Assembly (NCBI RefSeq): GCF_006345805.1
Contig: NC_043006.1
Coordinates: 92,380,001 to 92,444,000, forward strand
Reading direction: 5' to 3'
DNA length: 64,000 nt
Source: Octopus sinensis
Lineage: Eukaryota
Made by a program: the position numbers and the translations under genes. This document shows positions 26,430-38,430 of the stretch, one piece after another; the first letter of the stretch is position 1; each line of letters starts with the position of its first letter. The notes beneath the pieces were generated by a model. The model saw only the letters and a program-made list of their open reading frames with translations, did no database searches and was not told where the DNA came from.

Positions 26430-27654
26430 TAATAATAATAACCATTTTCATGTAACTGGCATACAACGGAAATACGGGAATGTTAAACAAATATGCTTTA
26501 TAATATTAATCAATTGAATATTTTGGATGATATTGTTAAATTTAATGGTTATTTCTATATAAATTGCATAATTCCACACACCCACCAAAAGCATTAATGC
26601 CAGTAAAGTGAATTTTACGTTTTATTCACATTACTGATATTTAAATCCTACGGTTATATTGATATTATTACTCAGAGTGAAATTTTACGATAACTCCATA
26701 TTAATATTATAGAAATATCTAAGTAATACTCTAATGTTCGTATTATATCGATTGAAATTCTGCGTTATATTTATTTGATATTTATCTATCTATTAATCTG
26801 TGTATATATATTTATATACACACCACACATATTCATACTACACGGAGGGGGAGAGTAAATGTTGTCACGTATTACCGTGATCTTCTGCTTTCTAGGTTCC
26901 AAGATCCACCTACGTCAAGGCAAGAAGTTCAAAACAAGGCCGTAGTATCGATCTCCCTCACCAAATGCTACTCATCTGAGCCATGGGAAAATGTAATGAT
27001 AAAAGCTCTGCCCTAGCAAGGACACACATTTTGCGCGGAAATGCACAAAACAAACGTAATGTCCACATACACACTCACAGACACACACATATAGATCGAT
27101 AGATATTGAGAGATATTAACATCCATCCATGATCTCCTGCTTGCAATACATACCGGGTGCAGCCCGCCTCGATAACCAGCCGAAGAAAGATCTTCCTGGC
27201 TATATAAAACTGTAGAAAATTCGAAGAGCCATATTGATATGGCGATAAACATATACATACAAACATATCAAAGAAGTCAAAATGTCACAAGCATACGTGT
27301 TAAATTCGGTGGAGCAAAGTAACGGAAATTTTTAATAAAGTAGATAGTTCTGTATTAGACTAACTGCTGGGTTTGCCTAAAGGATCTCCCTTCTTCAGCA
27401 GAACACCCTAATAGAAATAAATGAAATATCTATATATACTCACAGGAAAGCAAAACGCAAAGCAACAAATACGCATAAAAACCCCATATATCTCCGAAAG
27501 AAATTTCGTAGCCTGCCTCAACATGTGTATCTGATCGCCATAGCAGTTAAGTAGCTATGCCGTCCTGGAATGAATACATTTAACAGAGGTTAAAACTTTT
27601 AAAAAAATTATCTGTGGCCAGCATATAAAATGAAACCAGTTAAGGTGAAGTTTA

Positions 27655-28140
27655 TATGTATACTGTCGTCTCACCCTTGTCGGCTTCCTTTAGGATGATT
27701 GAATTATCATTCTTTAGTCTTTGTAAAGTCTTTGTAACGATTTCTTTTCTCTACCATGAAGGTTCTGAGAGGGAATTTCGAGATTGTTCCTATATATGTA
27801 CCTAGGTGTTTATTGTCCCCTTGTAAGGGATGAAATGAGATTTTTTCTTACGATTGATTCGTCCTCAACTTTCTTATTGTCGAAGAATTCTATAAGACTG
27901 AGGTGGCGGTCGAAGTTCTCAATATCGGTTTTTATTTCTATAAATTTCGGAGTGGGTATCGACGTAAATTTGAAACCTTTTATTAAGAGACTCATTTAAT
28001 TTCCTTGACGTCTCTATTAGATAAATTTTAGGGTCTATGTGTTTTGTCGGTTAATTAGGGACTTCTATTGTATCGGGTCCGGAGCGCGGTTGTAGTATTT
28101 TGTCCCTTGCTTGGCAAACCCCATAAAATTTTTCTATATA
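27655..28140 (-). mobile_element. PLE ORF N-terminal fragment, same family as the 61.5-64 kb element
   Basis: LLIKGFKFTSIPTPKFIEIKTDIENFDRHLSLIEFF and KEADKG versus LLLKGLKFTPTPTPNLIELKTDIDNFSRHLRLMEFF at 62023. Confidence 0.85.
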
Positions 28141-28635
28141 AAAAAGCCAAGGAATCTAACTTTAAACCATATGTAAATAAAAGGTAAATAAAAAATATAT
28201 ATAATCTTCCAACATTCTGACTACCTTATTATTCTATATATGTTCCCCGAGCCACTAAGTTACGTTTGTAAAGCAGTTGGTGGAGGGACAAATACGAACA
28301 CAAATACATATACTTTTGTTTAAACCCAGTTTAAGACTGGAAAATTCCAAGCCCTGCGCTACTGGCACACAACGTTGAATGAAATACATGGAGGGTACAT
28401 TGGCCCAAAAGGGATGTCAGTCCTTGAATCAAAAGCGACTCGGGCTTTGACAAAATTAATGATGGATTTTTCCATGTTCATATCATGGTTTTTTTTTATG
28501 GATTTTCAGATTTATCATCAGTAAAGCGATCTATTTTCGGTATAAAATTGTATCTGATATGCAGGTTTTATAAAGCAAACTACAAGGTACAAACTGAAGG
28601 GAGTGTATATATAATATTTATATATGTACTTTATA

Positions 28636-28692
<57 letters not shown>

Positions 28693-28754
28693 GTGTGCGT
28701 GTATATGTATTCATATATATGTATGCATGTATGTATGTATGTATGTATGTATAT

Positions 28755-29045
28755 GAATGAGTGACAACCTGGCCAGTGGTGGTGGGGTAACACACCATAC
28801 TAATCATATCTGTCGGGCATGTGAAAGAGAGTGTAATTCGGCAGGAGGACTTAAACGACATGCAAAGGTACATGAAGCCCAGTTACAACTACAGCCAGCT
28901 ATTACCGGTAAAGGTTTTAGTTGCCAATTCTGTACAAAATATTGTAGATCTTTAGCTGGGCTAAAAAGTCACATTCGATCACACCATCAGTAACAGTTAA
29001 GCTTCGTGCAATGGCCATGCTCGATAACGAGGGGGCAGCCATCAT
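28755..29045 (+). mobile_element. Probable RTE-clade LINE 3' tip encoding two C2H2-type fingers
   Basis: ORF 28757-28993 has CRAC..NSAGGLKRHAKVH and CQFC..RSLAGLKSHIRSH, a ~45-nt 3' UTR ending gcagccatcatgtat, and (ATGT)n flanks. RTE ORFs typically end in a CxxC..GL.SH.R.H finger. Confidence 0.55.
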
Positions 29046-31777
29046 GTATATGTATATACACTAACTATTTTAAAATTTTACGAAACGTACCTATTGCCAG
29101 TAATGAAATGGTTTCAAGGAAACCTAACGTAGATTTAAAATTGAAATGATCAACTTAGCTCACATTATGTAAAAATGCTTTCTTCATTGAGATGCATACA
29201 GTAGTTGTCCATAATATTATATAAGAACTGATTTGCATATCATAATGTCAATTATGCTATAAAAGAACGATGTAATCTGTCTTGGAAGAGAGAATTGAAT
29301 TTATGATTAACGCCATCGTCCTGGCTTACACTTTCTCGGTGTTATTTCGTATCAGACTTGTTGATGCAGTTTGATGGATGACTCGGTGGTTACGAGATGA
29401 CAGATGTTTCTGAGTTGGTGATTGTGTGTTGTTGGGTGGGGGTGATCTGTTGGGTGGGGGTTATCTGGATACTGTTCGTTTCAGTTTCAGTGAAACCTGG
29501 TAGAGCAAACTGTAATATGTGACAATTTGTGAAGTATACGACTGAACAGTGTGCAAAATTGTAATTCGTTTGTTTTGCCGTTCTCTTCTAACATTCTCAA
29601 TACATTTGTTGCACCTATTTATTGGATAATTTTCTGAACGTTATACTAAGGTGTGTTTCCACCGCTGTTCTTTTATCCATGGCAATTGGAATCTGTTCTG
29701 GTTCTTATTAAATCTACCGGGAGAGTAATTTTTCTAGTTAGCCTAATGAAGTATCTCAGTGATTTTTGTATGATGCTGTTTAGGAGAGAAAGTGAAAGGT
29801 GTTTATTATAGGTCTGCGTCAGTTTTTTGTGGCACCTCTTATGCCTGTCTAATGTGATAAGCTGTGTTCAATAAACTCTTTCTGAACGATTGCTTTAGGA
29901 AATATAAGTTGTAGATCATTTGTAATATTGTTCTTTAGAGCCCTTTCAAATAAGTATTATTGGATGGGCAGCGCCATGCGTATTATGGAATGGCGTTGGT
30001 CACTTAATCCATCCTTAACAGATGTTGGAATTTAGCCTGCCTTTGTAGAGTATGTTAAATATTTCATATATATTAATAATATGAATACCGTTTTTTTTAA
30101 CAGTTTTATTGTCCGCAAATACAATCCATCATTCATATGGTATTTTTGGCGAGATCTTTCCTGCTGCTTAGCTCCTTGCTGCCTTACCGATGTAACCTAC
30201 TGGGCCTAGGGCCAAAGATATGCCAGCCGTGACCAACTATTTTATCATTTAATACACTGTCCCTAGGATTGCAATATTCGATGCATCCTTTTTCATTCGA
30301 TAAGCTGTAATTTGAGAAAGGTTTAGCTATATTTCTAACAAATCAGTTGAACACTTCTAACTTTCTTTCTATTTATATGTTCTAAATTCCTTCTTGGCTT
30401 TCTTTTTCGCTGTGTTTCCGGGTTTTCATATGTGGATTTTTACATTATGTTATAATTGTATGGCTACATGCCTGAAGTATTCTTATCTTTGGCTATTGTT
30501 TCTTTCCTTTAGGAAAGAGACTTTCGTTGTAACATATAAATATTTAGCTACAAATCTTCCAGTTACCTCACTGAGGCTATTCTGTGACTAAACTATTCCG
30601 TTTGATAGACATGTTTACCACGACCATTCTCTGCTTTTCTATCATAGTAAATCCTAAATTTTATTATGCATTATATTTTTCAACTCACTCTGAAATGGTA
30701 GACTTGGAACTAGATTTGGTCGTTCTACCGTCACTTAAGTACTTCTCTATTAACTACGTCACCATTTGCTTTAGTGTAAACGATCCAGCATTGTGTGAGG
30801 ATTTATGATGTCAAAACGCTACGCTCACTCTCTCAGCTGTTTGGAGGCTTTCAGGCAGAATGTCAAGCTAAACGCTACATTTTGCTCAGTGATTTTTTTC
30901 GCTATCCACATGCATTGAGCATTTTTCCTGAAGGCTTAGTTATTGTTCATTAGATTTGAATGAGGTCTTTAGTTGAATCAAATCCAATCGTGGCCACGTC
31001 TTACTTTTTGCCTGAGGCATTGCTTGTCAAGGAGTACTGGCAACAGTGTGGTGTGTTATTCAAGTGAAATGTGTATACTATTTCAACCTTTTCGTGCAAA
31101 CATCGTATAGGGTCGTTCGTTGGCTGTCTTTCTCACAAGAACACATTCAGGGAACAACAGTTCTGTTCAGATACACCTGCTCCTGGAATACAGATGAAAA
31201 TATCAATACCAATTTCTGGAAGTCGGATCTGAACGTGTGAATCACACACTTTTAGTCGGACATTGGACCAGCTTCATTATAATATTCCGCTTAAGTTTCC
31301 TAATGTGTCTAATGAGGTTCGAGCGAATTCTTTTGACAGCTAAATGCGTATTACCATTATGCACTCAATGCTAAAGCCGAAGTCAATCACTGGAGAACCT
31401 AATGTTTATCATATTAGCAGATCCCGAATGAGCTTACTAAAAGCTTTTAAATCTAAATCAATAAAGTATAGGTTTTCTAAATGGAAATAAAGACATGCTT
31501 TCAACAGTGCATACAAATATTATCGATTTGCGAGAAATTATTTAACAATAGATGGAATCAAACTCTATAATTTATCTAATAACGTGTTACGCAAGAAAAC
31601 GAACTCCGGTTATCTTGAACTACAATAAAAATGAACATTCCCAGCAGCTGACCATTAACAAATGCTTCTAAATCGTGCAAGCTTCCATATAATCTCCCGC
31701 TACAAAATACTGACTTTTCCAATTTACTGCTGTAAACTGCAAATGACTTTCGGCCTCAAGAGATGAAGACCAAGACA

Positions 31778-31819
<42 letters not shown>

Positions 31820-32849
31820 GTTATTATTATTATTATTATTATCATCATTATTTATACTTTTGTTGTATTAACTAAAGAATCCAGTGGAGCAAGAGCCCAA
31901 AGGAAGCATTATTATATTCTATAGTTCTATTGCAATTAGTATTTGTCAGCTAAATATTTAGATACAATCACATAAACAGCGTACAACATTGAGATAGAAA
32001 CATGGAAAACGAAAAACGTTAAAAAATGCCGTAAGGAGTTTTGACGGTAATGAAGGATGCATGAGTTTGATATTCATTAACATTCTTTAGATCCTAGATT
32101 TTGGGAATGATTCTTTATGTCTGCCTCGAAGTAATTCAATAAAATTACAGGTTTGTAGCTAATGTTCTTCGGAATAATTTCGTCTATACTTAATGCAAGA
32201 AATAGGAATTCAAAGCATATTGAGTAATGAATTCCGAATTAAAAACTATATATTACATATCTAATAACATCTAAATAGGATTATTCACCTATACAACATA
32301 CCATTTCTTCCTGCAATTCGCTGAGAACTTCAGAAATGTAAAATAGCAAACTAAATTACTGGTCAAATTTTGTTCCACCAAAATAATTTGCAGCGTGCGT
32401 TTAATAATCAGTTACGATGATATTAGCTGTAACCCGTCCCATGGCGAAAAGAAAAGGAAAAAGAAAAATGTAAAAAAACATTCCAACTGCGACTCAGCTG
32501 GAATATTACAGTTTCGAATAGAAAACACTGCAGCATTCGTCCTGAATAACTGTAAACCTGCATTTGGGCCATCCTGTATGTATGTATATATATTAGAAGA
32601 AATGAGGTACTCAGAAATTCGGATGGTTTTATATATACAGATATTTATTTGTATATTACATGTTTTTATACATCATACTAGCATTATGACCCAGCGTTGC
32701 CGGGTTATAGTGCTAGTTTGGTATAAATTTGTTAAATTAAAAATTTGGGATAATAAAACATACAATGACATATTAAAAAGACGAATTAAAATTCCAGAGA
32801 AAAATACATAGAAGATAAATATACAAATTTACAAAAATAAATAAAAGTT

Positions 32850-32915
32850 CATGTACGGGCCGTTTCAGAGATGCGCCAATTAATATGAAACATATCACAC
32901 CCCTCGTCAGGATGT
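32850..32915 (-). ncRNA. Decayed type I hammerhead with extended helix II
   Basis: Minus strand ACATC-CTGACGA-GGGGTGTG...CGCATCTCT-GAAAC-GGCCC-GTA-CATG. Confidence 0.45.
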
Positions 32916-32935
32916 TTTTTACACAAAACACATCG

Positions 32936-34652
32936 TTTCTTTATTACCCATAAAGGGCTACACAGAGGGGACACTACAAACATTGGGGACATAAAACATC
33001 ACAATTACATAAGTATGGAAAATAAAATATGAAAATGATAAATGAAAAATGAAAGTGATGCTAACGGCCCCATCCGCTAGCATCACTTACCTGTCCTTCA
33101 TGCTTTATCCTCAATGTAATTCACATTGTGCTCTATTTTCATCGCAAATCTCTTTTCCATTTCCGTAATTATCTCGTCATCTATTTCAAATCTAAACAAT
33201 TTATAGTTTTTCTTTTTACATTTTTCCACGATTTCTTCTATACGTTCTTCCGAGATTACAGCGTACCTATCACTGTCCTTGTCACACCAGTGATAGTCTT
33301 TCAATATTTCTTTTACGTCTTTTTTCGTCGAAATACCTAGAAAATTGGGCCCAGGTTTTTTTGCGGTATCTTGTCTGTTTGCTTCTTCATTTTTTTTGTT
33401 TTCTTGTTGGTGGGGAGCGGGTGGATTCACTGTCTGCAGGGAAAGGGTGGGTGTCAGAGGGTGCGGGTGGTCTTAGGGTGGATTGGGGTTCAGCACTATT
33501 TATTTTTTTTCTTCTTCTCTTCCTCCTTCTTCTGCCTTCTTCCCATTCTTTTTGTACCTCCTCTTCCGTTGCGTCTTTCTCCGTTGATTTCTACTCTTCC
33601 TCGTTGGCCACTACCTCTCATTGAGGTTCCGCATCAATTTCCTTTGATGGGGGAGGGCAGTTAGCTCTTATGCGACCTTTCAGGCCACACTTGTAGCAGC
33701 GTGGAGCTCTGCCCTCCACCCACACTCTCATTATAACACATTCCATTCTGATATTCTCAGTCAATTGTTCCAATATTTCAGCCTCTGCTTGCACATTTAG
33801 TTCCAAAACTGCACCCTTCCAGCCTTCATCTTTCAATGTAGCATGGAGGATGTCAACTTCTTCCTCACATCCACTGATTACGGCTGCCACTATCCACTCT
33901 CCGTCAACATTAGGAAGTATCCTCTCCACCCTGATCCGAGTAGTTTTTCTACCCAGATATGTGGGAAGAAGAAACACCTTTTCTGTCTTCACCGTTCTCG
34001 CTGCCATTTTACTCGCCACACTTTCATTCTTGAATTGGACCACAACGGTACCGAAATTTATGCCTCTTGCCAAGAATATTATGTCTTCTTCCGTTCTTAT
34101 TAATGCTTCTACTATTGTCTCCATACTGACGACTTCTATTTTCTTTTTTCATTGGCATAAATCCGGTACGTAATGGTCCTTCGTTCATGCAACTCTCTTT
34201 GCTTTGCAGGCGGTGACAACTCCACTTCACCGCCGACCTTTTTAATAAATGCCTGGTAGCTTGGCAACCTGATCAAGTCTATTTCTCTTTCCTCCGTTCT
34301 TGTCGCTCCTGCGTATGTGTTGCCTAATTGCTTGTCCATTTTCTTTATCGCCTTTTCAAGTTCTTCTTCACAAGTCGATAAATCCAGCACACATTCGAAC
34401 ATACTTCGTCCGGCCATCTCTCCCTTAGGGAGGGGCAGCCCACTTCTTCCTTGTCTTTCTCAACACAGACAGACAAAAAACCAAAAGACCGTGTAACAAT
34501 AACGTTTAACGATAAAAATTAACAATCAAAAATTAAACAGCAACTCACAGGTTCAAATAAGAAGCACAATAACACATAACACATAGTACACGGAAACAAA
34601 TGCACAATTACATACCTGCTACATGCGAAAGACCAGACATTACGTACTCCCC
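32936..34652 (-). mobile_element. ORF1-only (HAL1-like) L1/Tx1-type element, frameshifted gag-like ORF
   Basis: ORF pieces 34136-34417, 33618-34124 and 33098-33430 include RVWVEGRAPRCYKCGLKGRIRANC (CX2CX4HX4C with H to R). The stop at 33098 is followed by a ~160-nt UTR with hairpin agtgatgctagcgg/cgttagcatcact and tail ccctttatgggtaataaagaaa. No RT. 5' boundary approximate. Confidence 0.7.
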
Positions 34653-36239
34653 AAAATTCTCTTAGATACTGAATGCTACTTTATAAGCATATAATTCAAT
34701 CTAGCAGCCATAGTAAATGGTATGCACACAGACTAATTCACTTCTGCACTTAATTTAATTTTTAATCTTTTAATTTCTCTCATTCATGCAAAGCCACATA
34801 TTCGAGTTCAAGTCCTTGATACATTTTATACTAATTGCTATATTTTCTTTTAATTACGATTTAATTACCATTTTAATAAAATAAAATATATTTAATTACT
34901 ACTTACTATATTTACCATATTTAATTCAATTGTTATTATTACCTCTAACTTTTATTGCAATTTTTATTTCTAAATTTCTTATGGAACGTCGAGTGGATCT
35001 TATGCGTACAATATATCTTTATATGATGTTTATATATTTATATTTTACTATATATTTCTAAACGTCGGGCTTTATGTCTGTTCTGTAGATATAAATGAAT
35101 ATATGAATATATGTATGTGTTTGATCTTTCTGTGGATTTTGCAGTGCTCTTGTAGTTGCTGCTCGCATTGCCTTCCCTCGGATTAAAATGTGTATACAGC
35201 TCATTTGAGCACTACTATTCCAGTCTGTTAAATATTTTGAGCGTTGTTATCACTAATGATCTCAAGATATAACTTTATATTTTGTAATATATATATATAT
35301 ATATACATCCATATACATACAATAGAGAGATGTTTTTGTTTCACTTTTAACACGTAATACCGAAATAGTGGAGAAGATATGATATTGCTGTGGGCTCGCT
35401 CTAGGAAAGAAGTTAAACATTTTTTGGCCCAAGACACTACATGAAACCTAAGTAAGGCATGTGTAAAATTTGAATGAAATTGGTTGTGTGGTTCTCAAGT
35501 TTTAGGGACAGACAGCCAGACACACATTCTCAGTTTCATATATAGAGAGATAACGTAGATCATGTATTAGCGCTTTCTCCCATTCTAGTGGGGTTTTCAA
35601 ATCAAACTAAGTTCCTGTGTGAAAAGGTTTGACCATTTTATAGTGTTATTGAGTTAGTAGTGGTGGGGAAGAATATAAGACAGTACAAGAGGGTGATGGA
35701 TGAGGAGAAAGTGAGAGAGAGAGAGAGCGTGTGTGTGTGTGTGTTTTTGTATTTGGAATGAGTGCTAAAGAAAAAAGGGGAAGGGAGAGGGAGGAAGAAG
35801 ACATTTGAAAAAAATATTTTTGCTCTCCTAGACAGCATGTTTACTCCAGGAGGGGTCTAAGATCAGTTTTGACCATTTCATAGTGTTATTGAGTATGTGG
35901 TGGCGGGGAGGTAGACCATAAATTATATTTCCTTTTTACCATAATTTGTGGTCTACCTCCCCGCCACCACATAATTTCTCTCACTTTCTCCTCATCCATC
36001 ACCCTTTTGTACTGTCTTATATTCCTCCCCACCACTACAAAGTCAATACCACTATAAAATGGTCAAACCTTTTCACACAGGAACTTAGTTTGATTCGAAA
36101 ACCCCACTAGAATGGGAGAAAGCGCTAATACATGATCTAAGTTATATAATAAATATCTGTAAATATAAAACCATCCGAATTTCTGAGTACCTCATTTCTT
36201 CTAATATAAAATACCCGTAAATCATCTCCATAAATATAT

Positions 36240-36985
36240 ACTAAAGAGGAACAAAGAGCAGTGATCCGATTTCTCTGGTCGGAAGGTGCTGAAATTCATC
36301 GGAGGCGGTGCACTACCGCGTAGAAGTGTGTATGAGTGGAGTAAGAGGTTTAAAAGTGGCCTGACAAGCCTTATTCACCAAGAGGGATCAGGACGACCAT
36401 CAACCTCCATCACTGACGAGAATGTTCAGCAAGCTTGAGAGATGGTAATGGTGAACTGATGAATTTTCATCGATTTGGTAGCTTGTTCTCTGCAGATTAG
36501 TCATGGGTCTGCCTACCAAATCATCCATGATGAGCTCAGCTTCCATAAAGTCTGTGCAAGATGGGTACCAAAAGAGATTACTGTAGAACACAAGCACATA
36601 CATCCTGAGGTCTGCCAAAGTTTATTCGATCACTACAACAATGAGAGCGAGGATCTTTTGAGCAGAATGGTCACAGGAGATGAAACGTCATTATGAGGTA
36701 GAATCCAAAAACAGAGTATGGAATGGAAATATCCTGGTTCGCCAGAACGAAACAATTCAAAACTCAGTCTCTCGCGGGAAACTTGATGCTCATCCTTTTT
36801 GGGGACTCAAACGATCCTATAATGGAAGACTACGTAGAAAAGGGGTGTACAATCAACAGTGAGAAGATGTGAAGGAAGCGGTGCATAAATGGTTGCACGT
36901 CCAGTCAAAATCCTTCTTGGAGAGCATACGCAATCTTGTGGTCCGCTGGACCAAGTGCATCGAAAAGACTACATATAAAACAATT
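36240..36985 (+). mobile_element. Decayed, internally deleted mariner transposon
   Basis: TKEEQRAVIRFLWSEG...YEWSKRFKSG...GSGRPSTS...HDELSFHKVCARWVPK...RMVTGDET. Confidence 0.85.
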
Positions 36986-37002
36986 ACGTAATTTATATAT
37001 AT

Positions 37003-37040
<38 letters not shown>

Positions 37041-37160
37041 GGCAGAGTCAAAGATTATGCGCACTCTTGTTTTGTCAATGTATTTACACAAGAGCAGGGT
37101 ATAAATAAGTACGTCATATAGTCTCCTACCTTTACGATGAACGTAGTCCATATATACATA

Positions 37161-38430
37161 TATACAGGGCGGGACAGAGAGAACAGATATTTTTGAAATG
37201 GCTATTACTCAGCCTCAGTGGGAGGGACATATGTCCGACAGGAACCATTCGGTCCGTGGTATCTTAACATTTTGTTTTCTTTTCAGATGAAGCCATGGCG
37301 CTCTGGACCATAGAACATCGTCTGTTTGCCTACGACAGTTACATGAAGAATAACAAGTCTGTCACAGCAGCCCAGCGGGAGTTTCGGTGCCACTTAAATA
37401 TTCACTGAAATCAGGAAGTTCCCCACCGTAACACGGTCTTATGTTGGATGAATGCACTTTATACACGAGGTACACTAATGAATAGTAGACAGGTGGGGGC
37501 ACCACAAACGGTAAGGGCCCTGGAAAATGTGGAACACGTCAGAAAAGTATTGATACGGGTCCGAATCGCTCTTCTCGGAGGTCTTCCACTGAACTTGGTT
37601 TCGGTAATCGATCCGTAAGCCGTATTTTGCATGAAGACGAGTTTCCATCCATACAAATTGATCATTGAGTAACAGTTGAAAGCATGGGACTATGCAGGAT
37701 GGCTTAACTTCGCACGTCAGATGGAAGCAATTTTTGAGGCAAAGGGCAACCTCATTTTCTTAATGAGTGATAAAGCTCATTTTCATCTCAGTGAATCAAC
37801 AGAGCTGTCATTACTGGGCTCTTGAAAATCCGAGAGAACTGCACGAAAGTCCACTTCACAGTCCAAAAGTGACGACTCGTGTGCTGTTTAAAAAGCACAC
37901 GAGACCGTCACTTTTGGTTAGGGTTAGGGTCCTTACTTTTTTTGGAGACAATAACGGAAATTCTCTTACTGCGAACTCCGAGCGTTACATCGAGATGATA
38001 AAAAAATTCTTCGTACTCAAATTACGGCGAATTCATATGCCTATTCGACGTATGCGGTTTCAGCAGGATGGGGCGATGGTTCACACAGCCAAAGCATCAA
38101 TGGACGTTCTTCGCCCTCACTTCGATGATTGCCTCATTTCCAGGTTTGCCGAAATTCCTTGCTCCACGCTCGGTCACCTGAGTTGTCCATGTCTGATTAT
38201 TTCTTGTGGGGAAACCTCAAGGCACGTATTTATGCGCACATGTCCCGTACATTGGACGATTTGAAAGGACCTGTTGGCGTGGAAGTCGCCCAAATCGACA
38301 GAACAATGTTGGAGAGAGTGGTGGACAACTTTCAAAAATACCTTCAGAAATGTAACAATGAAAATGGACACCATACGATGGATGATGTTCTCCACACTTG
38401 ATTTTGACAAAAATGAACACATTGATATCA
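37161..38430 (+). mobile_element. Decayed Tc1-mariner superfamily transposon (maT/DD37D-like)
   Basis: TA|CAGGGCGG 5' end; MALWTIEHRLFAYDSY...TAAQREFR...SDKAHFHL...HYWALENPRELHESPLHSPKVT...FQQDGAMVH...ARSPELSMSDYFLWGNLK. No 3' TIR found. Confidence 0.85.

Larger units (their letters stand above)
32678..35550 (-). mobile_element. Non-autonomous Helitron-like element
   Basis: Minus strand starts A|TCTCTCTATATATGAAACTGAGAATG and ends ACCCGGC-AAC-GCTGGGT hairpin ... GCTAG|T: TC start, subterminal hairpin, CTAG end, A|T target. Confidence 0.7.
32589..36208. mobile_element. Foldback/MITE-like element whose left arm is split by a Helitron
   Basis: Left arm = 32589-32652 plus 35551-35716; right arm = 35977-36208 (reverse complement). 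Inner hairpin 35894-35973. Confidence 0.75.

Noticed and set aside
29330-29900. Possible PLE endonuclease/3' remnant on the minus strand (GAAACATCTGTC)
   Set aside because: No CUGANGA and no clear GIY-YIG translation.
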